From assembly GCA_041746255.1 (NCBI GenBank), contig JBGTHM010000125.1:32001-96000 (forward strand): 64,000 nt of DNA. The letters are read 5' to 3'. Below the pieces are notes generated by a model. It saw nothing but the letters and a program-made list of their open reading frames with translations. It was not told where the DNA came from and did no database searches. The position numbers were made by a program, and so were the translations under genes. Shown one piece after another: positions 19,340 to 28,461 of this stretch. Position 1 is the first letter of the stretch. Every line of letters begins with the position of its first letter. This DNA is from Fibrobacteria bacterium. Its GTDB lineage: Bacteria; Fibrobacterota; Fibrobacteria; UBA11236.

Positions 19340-19983
19340 GGCGAGGTAACCTCCGGGGTCTTGGCTTTATGTTGGTATTCATCCAGTATGATTTCGATTT
19401 CCTGGACCATTCTTTCGTTCATGGTTTCCAACAAAAAGGAGATTTCCCTAACCAGGTAAATAGGTTCTTGCTGCGATACTTTTTTCCGAAGATCAAAGGT
19501 CTTTTTCCAAACCACCTGATTGGTGCGGGCGTCTTCCAATTTATAGTCGATGGCCAAATGCGCATACCAGATTTCCTTGCTGTCGTATTCCTCAATGGCG
19601 AGAATGTCGGCGCCCAGGTAAAAATCGGGCATGTAGCTTTCCACCGTGCGTGTGATGTTCTCGAAAAGCCTTACCGCCCTAAGGTGTTTGATGACAAGAT
19701 CCGAGATCATGCGCTCGGGATCCACTGACCAGAGATGAAAGTTGTAAAATTGCATGAGATGAGGACTCTGCCGATAGACGATTTGGCTGCGGCGATAAGC
19801 CTCGGATATATTGAAATCGCGCACGCGTACGGTATAGGGGTAGGTTCCCTTTTCCAGCCTTTCCGGCGTTGGATTCGGTGCGTAATCCAGGGTGTAATAA
19901 CGTGTCTGGGGCGGAGGTTGGAAGTAACAACCCGCCAAAGCGAATATTGCCGCCGAACCCAGCCATAAGGGCCATCTACTCAT
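19336..19983 (-). CDS. ABC-type transport auxiliary lipoprotein (PqiC-like)
   Basis: Lipobox LAGC, RYYTLDY, QIVYRQ...FHLW...P; directly after the MCE gene. Confidence 0.85.
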   Translation of the reverse strand: MSRWPLWLGSAAIFALAGCYFQPPPQTRYYTLDYAPNPTPERLEKGTYPYTVRVRDFNISEAYRRSQIVYRQSPHLMQFYNFHLWSVDPERMISDLVIKHLRAVRLFENITRTVESYMPDFYLGADILAIEEYDSKEIWYAHLAIDYKLEDARTNQVVWKKTFDLRKKVSQQEPIYLVREISFLLETMNERMVQEIEIILDEYQHKAKTPEVTSP

Positions 19984-20864
19984 TGTCGCCTTTCCAGTTT
20001 TTCCTCTTTGCGCAAAAGCACCGAGGGGTTTTCCTTGATTTGCCGGCTGAAAGTGCTCATGTTCATCATAGTTTCTTTCATGCTGCCCATCGACGAAGAC
20101 AAATCCTCCTGAATTTTCAGCAGGGTCATGTCGGCACGTCGGGCCAGGGAACCCAGCTCTTTTGCGACAGTCTGGTATTCTTCCACGGTTTCGGCCAAGG
20201 CGACCTTGCTCAATTCCTCCTGCACTCCGCGCGAAATCGATTCGACCTGAACCAGAATCCGCTCCACACGTTGGCCGGGTTGAACTCGGTTCAAGTCGTC
20301 CACCAGCACTTCCAGGGCCTCGCTCAGCGAAGCTGAGCTGGAGATCAGCCTGTCTAAATGTTCCTGGTTTGCCACGCTGGTAAGTGCCACCATATTACCG
20401 AGCAAGTTGTCAATTTTCACGGCGATAGTGTCGGCTCGGCTCAAAAGCCTTCCCAATGTGGAGGGTTGCGCCTCGATTTCACCGCCTGGAGGCAGATCCG
20501 GTGATGCATAATTGCCCCCCGTCACCTCCAGGTATTTCAATCCGGTAATTCCGAAAGTACCGATGGTCAATGTCATGTCGGATTTCATGGTGACGTCTCT
20601 GGGTATCTGGAATTCAACCACCGTCCGGGTGATGTCGTTCGTATCGGTGCGTATTGCCGATATGGATCCTATGTTCACACCATTCAACTTGACTGCCGCC
20701 CCCAGCTCAAGTCCGCTTACCGATTCGTCCAGCCGGGTGAAATAGGTTTCGGTGGGAGTCAGCAATTGCTTTCCCACCATGAAAAAGAGGATTAGCGCCA
20801 ACACGGTTGAAATGCCTATTATGAAAATTCCGAGCCGGGCCTTCTCGGCCTTGGATACGTCCAT
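19980..20864 (-). CDS. mlaD: MCE-domain protein (MlaD family) with a long helical C-terminus
   Basis: N-terminal TM, ESVSGLELGAAVKLNGVNIG, GITGLKYLEV, C-terminal ENPSVLL. Confidence 0.88.
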   Translation of the reverse strand: MDVSKAEKARLGIFIIGISTVLALILFFMVGKQLLTPTETYFTRLDESVSGLELGAAVKLNGVNIGSISAIRTDTNDITRTVVEFQIPRDVTMKSDMTLTIGTFGITGLKYLEVTGGNYASPDLPPGGEIEAQPSTLGRLLSRADTIAVKIDNLLGNMVALTSVANQEHLDRLISSSASLSEALEVLVDDLNRVQPGQRVERILVQVESISRGVQEELSKVALAETVEEYQTVAKELGSLARRADMTLLKIQEDLSSSMGSMKETMMNMSTFSRQIKENPSVLLRKEEKLERRQ

Positions 20865-20868
20865 TCGG

Positions 20869-21654
20869 TCAATCCTCCAGGTGGAACGCCAGTTGCCGGC
20901 TGTCAGCCGAGTTGGTGCCTGATTCGCGGGTTAAAAATTGCCGGACTTCTTCCGGGCCATTCTCCATCGCCTCGGTAAGGGAGCCGTCGAAAAGCACCTC
21001 TCCTTGGGAAAGATAGGTCATCTTGTCGCACAGAGTGCGAATGGATTCGAGTTCATGAGTCACTACTACCAGGGTAATACCCAGGGATTCACGCAAAGAA
21101 AGCAACAAATCGTCCAAACCGCGCGAGGTAATGGGGTCAAGACCCGCCGATGGTTCGTCGAAGAATACGAGTTCGGGATCGGTTACGATGGCCCGGGCCA
21201 GACCCGCCCGCTTCTTCATCCCTCCCGACAACTCGTTGGGAAGCTTATAAAAGGCATGGCCCAGTGAGACCAGTTCCAATTTCGTGCGTACCAGTTCTTC
21301 CACCACCGAATCGGGAAGGCTCGGATAATGCACTTGTAAGGGCAGTGCAACGTTCTCTCCTACCGTCAACGAAGAAAGTAAGGCGCTACTTTGAAACAGA
21401 ACTCCGATTTTACGCATCATCTCCGTCGGCATGCGGTCTTCCGACCATTTCACCTCTTCTCCGGAAATGAAAATGGAACCGCCGAGGGGGCGTTGCAATC
21501 CGATAATGCTCTTGAGCAAGGTGGATTTACCGCAACCCGATCCTCCTAAAATGATACGAATCTCTCCGGCTGCCACGGCCATGGAAACGTTTTGCAGCAC
21601 GACTGTGCTTCCATAGCCTGCCTGTAAAGCGCGGGTTTCCAGTTTAATCGACAT
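20869..21654 (-). CDS. mlaF: MlaF-family ABC ATPase
   Basis: GGSGCGKST, FQSSALL, LSGGMKKRAGLARA, FDEPSAGLDP, VTHE. Confidence 0.9.
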   Translation of the reverse strand: MSIKLETRALQAGYGSTVVLQNVSMAVAAGEIRIILGGSGCGKSTLLKSIIGLQRPLGGSIFISGEEVKWSEDRMPTEMMRKIGVLFQSSALLSSLTVGENVALPLQVHYPSLPDSVVEELVRTKLELVSLGHAFYKLPNELSGGMKKRAGLARAIVTDPELVFFDEPSAGLDPITSRGLDDLLLSLRESLGITLVVVTHELESIRTLCDKMTYLSQGEVLFDGSLTEAMENGPEEVRQFLTRESGTNSADSRQLAFHLED

Positions 21655-21787
21655 TCATCCTTTTTCTGCCATACCTTTTAACGGTCGGTCCGAAGACGCT
21701 CAACAATCTATTATTATCGTTCATCCCCGCGTCCTTTTTCACCCACTTTTCCGCCCGCTTTTCAGGCCAGGGGCGAATTCCAGCTCC

Positions 21788-22849
21788 TTACATATAAAAG
21801 ACGAAGGAAAACAGGGCATCCGCAAGGATTATGGCGAAAATACAAGTGACTACACAAGACGTGGTGGCTTTTCCCACCGCATCGGCGCCTCCATGCACCC
21901 GTATTCCTTTGGTCACGGCCACGAATGTGATGATCCAGGCGAAAGTCACGGCCTTCGTCAGCATTTGAAAGACGTAGTTCACGGTTATGGCGCTTTGCAA
22001 TTCGGTCAGAAAACTAGCCGGGGATAGGTTGAAAAAGGACATACCCACCGCCAAACCCGCTGCGATACCCATCAGGGCTGAACATACCGTCAAAAGGGGA
22101 AGGCAAAGAGTCATGGCCCAGAAGCGGGGAAGTACAAGGAATTGAATGGGATTGATGGCCATGGTTTGCAGGGCGCCGATTTCCTCCTGTACCACCATGG
22201 TCGATAATTCCGCTGTAATGGAACTCCCGGATCGGCCGGCCAGCACGACGGCGGTCAAAACCGGCCCGATTTCGGTGACCATGGAGATACCGATGCCGCT
22301 GGCAAGGAAAATGGTGGCCCCGAACCTCTGCAATTGAATTCCCGATTGCAAGGCGAGCGTGAAACCAATCAAAAAAGACAGCAGGGCTACAATGGGAAGG
22401 GCGGAGCTTCCCAAGCGTACCATTTGAATGACCGTGTCGCCGCGTAAAATAGTCTTGCGCTTGAAAGCGCCCAAGGTAGACCAATAGAGCGATTCGGATA
22501 GCAGAACCGCCATGGTTTTGATTTCGTCAAAGACGGAGTAAAGTCCTCCGCCAATCGATACGGCCAAAGATTCGGCCTGCGGGGGGGTACCTGCCTCCCC
22601 TTTTTCCAAGGCCTTTTCCAGGCGGGGACGAAGCTGGGGAGAAACTTTGGAAAGGATTAAGCGGCCACCGGCATTTTCACGGGACCGGTGGAGATCGGCA
22701 AGCCATGCTACGGCCAGGGAATCTAGATCGCGGACTTGCGAAAAATCCAGGCGCAGCTCACCGTCTTTAACTCCCGCGAGCAAGCGAGGGTGTTCCTCGG
22801 CAATCCATTCCGGGGTAATCTCGCTGGGTAATCGGAGCGCTTGCTTCAA
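21788..22849 (-). CDS. mlaE: MlaE permease with a fused N-terminal STAS domain
   Basis: LDFSQVRDLDS (STAS); EIGPVLTAVVLAGRSGSSITAEL..M...EEI.AL..M; GADAVGKATT. Confidence 0.9.
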   Translation of the reverse strand: MKQALRLPSEITPEWIAEEHPRLLAGVKDGELRLDFSQVRDLDSLAVAWLADLHRSRENAGGRLILSKVSPQLRPRLEKALEKGEAGTPPQAESLAVSIGGGLYSVFDEIKTMAVLLSESLYWSTLGAFKRKTILRGDTVIQMVRLGSSALPIVALLSFLIGFTLALQSGIQLQRFGATIFLASGIGISMVTEIGPVLTAVVLAGRSGSSITAELSTMVVQEEIGALQTMAINPIQFLVLPRFWAMTLCLPLLTVCSALMGIAAGLAVGMSFFNLSPASFLTELQSAITVNYVFQMLTKAVTFAWIITFVAVTKGIRVHGGADAVGKATTSCVVTCIFAIILADALFSFVFYM

Positions 22850-23021
22850 CTTCTCTTTCCTGGAAGCGAAGGGTAATCAAAGCACGAAATTATGTACATT
22901 TTTCCAATCGAATTCTTTGGTTCCTGCTCCCATAACACCGGCATCGCCATGCGCATTGGACGAATGCCAGTCGGCTTTTCCGTTACCAAGGGTAATCCGG
23001 ATAGTATAAGATTAATGATTT

Positions 23022-24506
23022 ATGAAATATAAGATTATTTCATCCAGGCTCTTGGTAGCCGCAATTTACGCGCTAATGGTATCAGACGCGGCCTTTGCCG
23101 AGGATTTACCGACCGGACTCGATTCGGCCGCTACGCTGGTAATGGATTATCGCACATTCGAAGCCCGCGTCCTAAAATCTCATCCCATTTTGCATGAAAA
23201 ATCGTTGGATGTCGAAAAAAGAAAACTCGAGCAGGCTGAACTTAAAGCATCGGTAATCCTGCCCCGGTTTGAAATTGACATGGGCATGGGCCCGGCGCCT
23301 GGATTGAACCGATACACGGATACCACCGGATATGTGGTAATCAATGGTGAAAATTTTCCCATTCTTTCCGAAGATCGGGAATACGATTTTTCGACATGGG
23401 GGCCTTATTTCGGGGTGGATGCCAAAGTGGCCCAACCCCTTAATATCGGGCGATACCGTTCGGCACGGAACGCCCTGAACTTCCAGGTTGCCGTGGAAGA
23501 GGCCCAGGCCCGCAAGCGACGCGTAGCCATTTCCTTTGAAGCCCAGGAGCTCTATTTTAAGCGGCTTTATGCCCAAACCATGTTGACGATATTGAATAAG
23601 GCGGCCAAGGATCTCGACGACGCGGGGGAAAAAATCGATGAAATGCTGGATGAGGGGGATCCCTCGGTCTCGCAAACGGATATGCTTGAACTCAAAGCGG
23701 GTCGCTATGCTCTGGAAAAAGGACGCCTGGAAGCCGAGATGGGCTTAAGGCGGTCCGCATTGCAAATGGGGTTCATGTTGCAGGTTCCCCAAGCCATCCA
23801 AATAGAAGGTCCCGATAAGCAGTTATTCCTCCGCACCGACCCCTTGCCCGACTTGGACAGTTTGAAGACAGCCTTGTTGATCCATCACCCCGATTTACAA
23901 AGGCTCGAAAACGGTTTGGAAGCACGTAGGGAATTAGTGCGGGTGGCTAAAGGAGAGTTGGGACCCGACTTCTTCCTGTTCGGAAATTTCCGCTATTCCA
24001 AAGCCTGGTCCTCCGATCGCGAAACGGTGGGTTCGGACCCATTCATCCGGGATCCCCTCAATGAATTGACCGGCGTGGCGGGGATAGGCATGAAATTCAG
24101 GTTGAACGTTTGGCAGCGATACCAAAAGTTCCGGAGGGAAAAAATCGAACTGGAGCAATTGCGTAGAACGGAAGTGTATGCGGCCCAGGGTCTACTGCTC
24201 CAACTGGAAGATGCTCATTTGAGGTATTTGAATGCCCAGGCAAGGGTTCAGGAGAGTGCGACTTCCTTAAGAGCCGCCGAAGCCTGGCTCAAAGGCGCGG
24301 CTATGACCTATGATCTCGACCCTAGCACAGCCAAAGCAATGCTCAGCCCCTATAAAACCGTTCTAAATGCCAAGAAAGATTATTTCGAGGCGGTGCTTGA
24401 CCAGAATGTCGCTCTAGCCCGGGTGTTTGAGGCGGTTGGATGGACTCTGTCGGACTATTTTGATAACTTGAGTGAGTCTTCAGGCGCGCAACCAATGCCT
24501 CAATAA
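23022..24506 (+). CDS. TolC-family outer membrane channel
   Basis: Signal peptide; two repeats of helical segment plus beta-hairpin (HP...LPRFE; HPDL...PDFFLFG); typical OEP layout. Confidence 0.8.
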   Translation: MKYKIISSRLLVAAIYALMVSDAAFAEDLPTGLDSAATLVMDYRTFEARVLKSHPILHEKSLDVEKRKLEQAELKASVILPRFEIDMGMGPAPGLNRYTDTTGYVVINGENFPILSEDREYDFSTWGPYFGVDAKVAQPLNIGRYRSARNALNFQVAVEEAQARKRRVAISFEAQELYFKRLYAQTMLTILNKAAKDLDDAGEKIDEMLDEGDPSVSQTDMLELKAGRYALEKGRLEAEMGLRRSALQMGFMLQVPQAIQIEGPDKQLFLRTDPLPDLDSLKTALLIHHPDLQRLENGLEARRELVRVAKGELGPDFFLFGNFRYSKAWSSDRETVGSDPFIRDPLNELTGVAGIGMKFRLNVWQRYQKFRREKIELEQLRRTEVYAAQGLLLQLEDAHLRYLNAQARVQESATSLRAAEAWLKGAAMTYDLDPSTAKAMLSPYKTVLNAKKDYFEAVLDQNVALARVFEAVGWTLSDYFDNLSESSGAQPMPQ

Positions 24507-24516
24507 GGGATAAAAT

Positions 24517-25209
24517 ATGCGAATCGCTGCAAAACTCCAAATTTCCGCTTTGATTCCGTTGCTATTGCTCGCCGGGGTAGCTGCGGCCGCACTTCCCGCC
24601 GCCGCGAAAAGCGAAGCCGACAGTCTTATCGCTTTTTTTCGAACCAAGGACGCCGAATTACAGAAACTGTTGCGTTCTGAGAAAACCGATGAGAAGGCCG
24701 AGGAAAAAACCGAGCGAATCAAGTTTCTCATCAACGGCATATTCGATTTCGAGGAATTGGGAAAAAGGGCCTTGGGCGTCAAAACATGGGGTTCCATGGA
24801 GCCGGTGCAAAAAGAACGTTTTACCAAGGCATTCAAAAATATGGTGGAAAATGCCTCCGTCAAAAAGTTGGAAGTTTACCGTTCCGATTCCACTGTTTAC
24901 GATAAACCGGAATTAAAACAGGACAAAGCGTCGGTAACCACTCATGTCTATTCGAACGGACAGGTATCGATTATCGTCTATAAACTGTTTCGCAAGGGCG
25001 AGGAATGGAAAGCGTGGGATCTGGTCATTGACGACCTGAGTACGGCGCGTAATTATGGGGAGCAATTCCGTAAAATCCTTGCCAAATCCGATATGAATGC
25101 GCTAATCACCAAATTGGAGGACCGGAGCGATTCGACCAACGGTCCCCTGACTTCCAAAACCGACAATGTGAAAGCCAAATCCGAGAAGAAAAGCCAGGTT
25201 ACCAAATAG
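24517..25209 (+). CDS. mlaC: MlaC/Ttg2D-family periplasmic lipid-binding protein
   Basis: FDFEELGKRALG..W, QKERFTKAF, YKL...WKAWDLVIDDLS..NY..QF..I. Confidence 0.85.
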   Translation: MRIAAKLQISALIPLLLLAGVAAAALPAAAKSEADSLIAFFRTKDAELQKLLRSEKTDEKAEEKTERIKFLINGIFDFEELGKRALGVKTWGSMEPVQKERFTKAFKNMVENASVKKLEVYRSDSTVYDKPELKQDKASVTTHVYSNGQVSIIVYKLFRKGEEWKAWDLVIDDLSTARNYGEQFRKILAKSDMNALITKLEDRSDSTNGPLTSKTDNVKAKSEKKSQVTK

Positions 25210-25276
25210 CGCCCGCTGAAAGAAAAGGTGGAATAGCTTCCTTTGGTTGTCGCCGGAAACTATTTTTGGGCACACC

Positions 25277-25987
25277 ATGATTTGGCTGTATATTTTTCTA
25301 GGTCTGATAGGCTTAGCTCTCCTGCTTTTTTTCCTACTCCGCTTCGATTATTCGCTTAGCTTTCAATTCCCCGGAAATTTGCAGGGAACCTTTCGCTTTT
25401 CCTTTTTAGGTTTTAAGCGGGCCGGAGAGTTCTCCACGGCGCGCAAGCAGCCCGAATCGACTTCAGTTGCGCAATCCACCTCGTTTCCCGATACTCCCAT
25501 AATCGCTCCCTCCGGCCAAGCGGGATTCTTGCGATTACCTTCCTTGCGAACCCTACGTAATCGACTCAAGCGAGGAGCCTTCAAGTTTGCGGTTAATTTC
25601 CAGGTATGGGCCGCTTTGATTCGATTCGGAACCCGCTCGCTGGGATTTTTCGGTCATGCGGTTCGCACACGGCTGAGGTTTTTGAGTTTGGGTACTGAGG
25701 ATCCAGTAGTACTAGGCTATTTGGCCGGAGGATATTCAGCGCTTTCGGGGTTTTTTCCCGGTTTGCGCTGTCCTGTTCATTACTATTTTAACGAAAATCG
25801 ATTTACTTTCGGATTGAAGGTAAGAGGCCGGTTTAACGGTTTACATCTGGTCGCGGCTGTGGTGCGCTCTTTCCTGGCGTTTCCCTGGTTTTTTTTGACG
25901 GCACGGTTTATCGGTTCAATCCGTGATGATTCGCTGAATTGGTGGCAAGAAAACCTTTTGAATAAACTGGCGCCTCGCTACGGATAG
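25277..25987 (+). CDS. Hypothetical membrane protein (DUF2953-like)
   Basis: N-terminal TM; LGTEDPVVLGYLAG resembles the DUF2953 G..DPA.TG motif; start at ATG 25277. Confidence 0.5.
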   Translation: MIWLYIFLGLIGLALLLFFLLRFDYSLSFQFPGNLQGTFRFSFLGFKRAGEFSTARKQPESTSVAQSTSFPDTPIIAPSGQAGFLRLPSLRTLRNRLKRGAFKFAVNFQVWAALIRFGTRSLGFFGHAVRTRLRFLSLGTEDPVVLGYLAGGYSALSGFFPGLRCPVHYYFNENRFTFGLKVRGRFNGLHLVAAVVRSFLAFPWFFLTARFIGSIRDDSLNWWQENLLNKLAPRYG

Positions 25988-26014
25988 ATTCCATTTGGCG
26001 GACGGGGAGAATAC

Positions 26015-26434
26015 ATGAGCATTCCGGACAAGAATGAAGAAAAACAGTCGTCGGCCCTTTGGGATTGGGTAATCGGTATCGGGTTGGTTTTATTGATTGG
26101 TGCGGGTATCTGGTTTTATCAGAGCCAAAAGAAGGAGTCGCACACCCGTTTTTCCGAGGCGGATGTGCTTTTCCAGTCCGGTGAGTTCCGTCAGGCTGCG
26201 GCTATATACGAAGAGTTGAAGCAGGCCCAATACGCTACGCCCTCACAGGATAGCCTGCTTTACGAAAGACTCGATTCCATCGCCGTTATCCGGGAACAGG
26301 ATGAAGCGGATTTCAATCGTGTCACAACCCTTTTAGAAAAAGGCGACACCCTTTCAGCGAGAATCATCCGGGATAGAACTGCCTTTCGGGGGATGCTCGA
26401 CGAAGAGGAGAAACGCTTGCTCGAATCGTTTTAA
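26015..26434 (+). CDS. Hypothetical membrane-anchored helical (TPR-like) protein
   Basis: GGAG RBS, single TM (WVIGIGLVLLIGAGIWFY), ADVLFQSGEFRQAAAIYEEL TPR-like helix. Confidence 0.65.
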   Translation: MSIPDKNEEKQSSALWDWVIGIGLVLLIGAGIWFYQSQKKESHTRFSEADVLFQSGEFRQAAAIYEELKQAQYATPSQDSLLYERLDSIAVIREQDEADFNRVTTLLEKGDTLSARIIRDRTAFRGMLDEEEKRLLESF

Positions 26435-26440
26435 AGCCGT

Positions 26441-26908
26441 TTAGAGACCCGCGCGAAAAACCGTGATTAAGCGCGAAGTTTCTCCGGTTATGTCGAGCCT
26501 AAGCCAATAGGAGAAGGGGAAGTGGGTTTTTCCCAGGCGCTCCGGCCATTCCATCAACATGATCCCCCCGCGTTCGGCGTAATACTCAAGACCGATTTCC
26601 TCCCAATCCGCCCCTTCGGACAACCGGTATAAGTCCACATGAAAAAGAGGAGTCGGCGCATCATATTCCAAAATGAGGGCGTAAGAGGGAGAGTGCGTGT
26701 CGCCCTCAAATCCCAAAGCCTTGGCGAAGGCCTGGGCCAACCGGGTCTTCCCCGCGCCCAATTCTCCGCTTAGAGCCAGGTTATCTCCGGGAACAAGCCC
26801 AACCGCGAATGCTGACGCCCAATTTAGGGTTTCTGCTTCGCTGGTGCTGGTGAAAGATTCCAGCTCGTGGAAGCCCGGGGGTATGGCCTGGGACTTCCCG
26901 CTTTTCAT
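26441..26908 (-). CDS. tsaE: tRNA threonylcarbamoyladenosine biosynthesis ATPase TsaE
   Basis: LSGELGAGKT, SPSYAL, HVDLYRL, EWPE. Confidence 0.95.
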   Translation of the reverse strand: MKSGKSQAIPPGFHELESFTSTSEAETLNWASAFAVGLVPGDNLALSGELGAGKTRLAQAFAKALGFEGDTHSPSYALILEYDAPTPLFHVDLYRLSEGADWEEIGLEYYAERGGIMLMEWPERLGKTHFPFSYWLRLDITGETSRLITVFRAGL

Positions 26909-28461
26909 TTTGGCGTGAGCGTGACCAGGGGAACCAAAAGTTCTTCGATGGACAGGCCGCCGCTCACCATTTGATCTTTATATTGGGTTACCAGATATTG
27001 AAACTTGTTGGGATAAACGAAGTAGTAGTTTTCCTTGGCGATGGCATAGGATAACTCGTCCGCTTCACCCGGCAAGCCGTAATGGACGGGTGTCTCCACG
27101 AAAAGCACATGTCTTTCGTCGCAGGAAATATCCTTGCCCATTTTTACGCGCGGGTGCGGAGATTTCTCTTCCTGGCAAAAGACTTCGGCCGGGTTTTTGA
27201 CCAATACCGTGCCATGATCGGCGGTCAGGATCACCGTGCGCTTCTGTGCGGAGAAATACTTGAGGATTTCGAACAGTTTCGAGCCGCGAAACCACATTTT
27301 CGTGAGTTCCCGGAACCCTTTTTCATTGGGAACCACTTCCATCATGAGCGGGTTTTCACGGCGAAGCTGGTTCAGCATATCGAAAAATTCGACTACGATC
27401 GTGATAAGGGAATCGGAATCATATTCTTTCAGGTCTTGGTGCAGTTTTTTGCTGTCTTGCGGAAATTGCAGGTGGAATATGCGTGGTTCGTCGTTTTCGA
27501 TGCCGTTGACGCGAAGATTCATTTTCAGCAATTCCCGCTCATAGGGCAGCTTGTCGTCTTCCTCCTGCATTTTTTGCCAGAGTTGGGGCTGCTTGAGGCT
27601 TACCTCGCGGGGGGATTCACCGGAAAACAGGGCGGCCCGGCAAATACTTTTTTCGCTGGGCAGGAGCGCCCAGGAGATGGCATTTTCAATTTTGAAATAG
27701 GGTTCGAGATAATGTTGGATGGAAAGCCATTGATCTTCCCGGAATCCGGCCAGCACCAGTAGGCAAACTTTTTCCCCTTTTTTAAGCAGCGGGAACACTT
27801 TGCGTTTGAGGGCCTGGGTATGCAGTGAGGGGTTACCGCCTTTTTTGCCGAACCACTGGACGTAATTATCCTCGACGTAGGCGTTGAATTTCGCGCTGAC
27901 TTCCTTGCGCTGGTTCCTATGGGTTTCCTCCAGGCCCTGATCGGCTATGGCCTGGAGCTGGTTGTCCCATTTGCAAAGTTGGAAATAAATCTTTTCCCAT
28001 TTGGCCGGCGAAACGTTGGTGAGAAGACTGGCCTTGTTTTCGGAATATTCGCGCACGTAGGAAGAGGTTACGTGATTGTTGCGAATGGCCTTGGAATGGA
28101 GGATGCTTTTGCAAACCGACAGGATTTGGGAGGGATTGACCGGTTTGATGAGGTAGCCGTCGATGTTACGCCCCAAAGCGGCTTCCATCAGGCGTTCTTC
28201 CTCGCTTTTTGTGACCATGACCACGGGTATGCTGGCGTCGAATTCGCGGATTTCCTCCAGGGTGGTGAGCCCGTCCTTGCCCGCCATCTGTTCGTCGAGC
28301 AGGATGAGGTCGTAATTCGTTTCCCTTATCATGGCCAAGGCATCGTCTCCGTTGGTGGCTTTTGCCACTTCGTAGCCGTGCTCCTCCATGAACATGATAT
28401 GCGCGCGAAGGAATTCGATTTCGTCGTCCACCCAAAGCAGGCGATTATTGCCGTTATTCAT
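26905..28461 (-). CDS. porX: PorX-like response regulator (receiver + PglZ/alkaline-phosphatase-like domain)
   Basis: LWVDDEI, LLDEQM, MVTKSEEE.LMEAA.G..I..YLIKPVNP.QIL, TADHG, FVYPN, GGLSIEE; 518 aa; adjacent to tsaE as in Bacteroidota. Confidence 0.85.
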   Translation of the reverse strand: MNNGNNRLLWVDDEIEFLRAHIMFMEEHGYEVAKATNGDDALAMIRETNYDLILLDEQMAGKDGLTTLEEIREFDASIPVVMVTKSEEERLMEAALGRNIDGYLIKPVNPSQILSVCKSILHSKAIRNNHVTSSYVREYSENKASLLTNVSPAKWEKIYFQLCKWDNQLQAIADQGLEETHRNQRKEVSAKFNAYVEDNYVQWFGKKGGNPSLHTQALKRKVFPLLKKGEKVCLLVLAGFREDQWLSIQHYLEPYFKIENAISWALLPSEKSICRAALFSGESPREVSLKQPQLWQKMQEEDDKLPYERELLKMNLRVNGIENDEPRIFHLQFPQDSKKLHQDLKEYDSDSLITIVVEFFDMLNQLRRENPLMMEVVPNEKGFRELTKMWFRGSKLFEILKYFSAQKRTVILTADHGTVLVKNPAEVFCQEEKSPHPRVKMGKDISCDERHVLFVETPVHYGLPGEADELSYAIAKENYYFVYPNKFQYLVTQYKDQMVSGGLSIEELLVPLVTLTPK

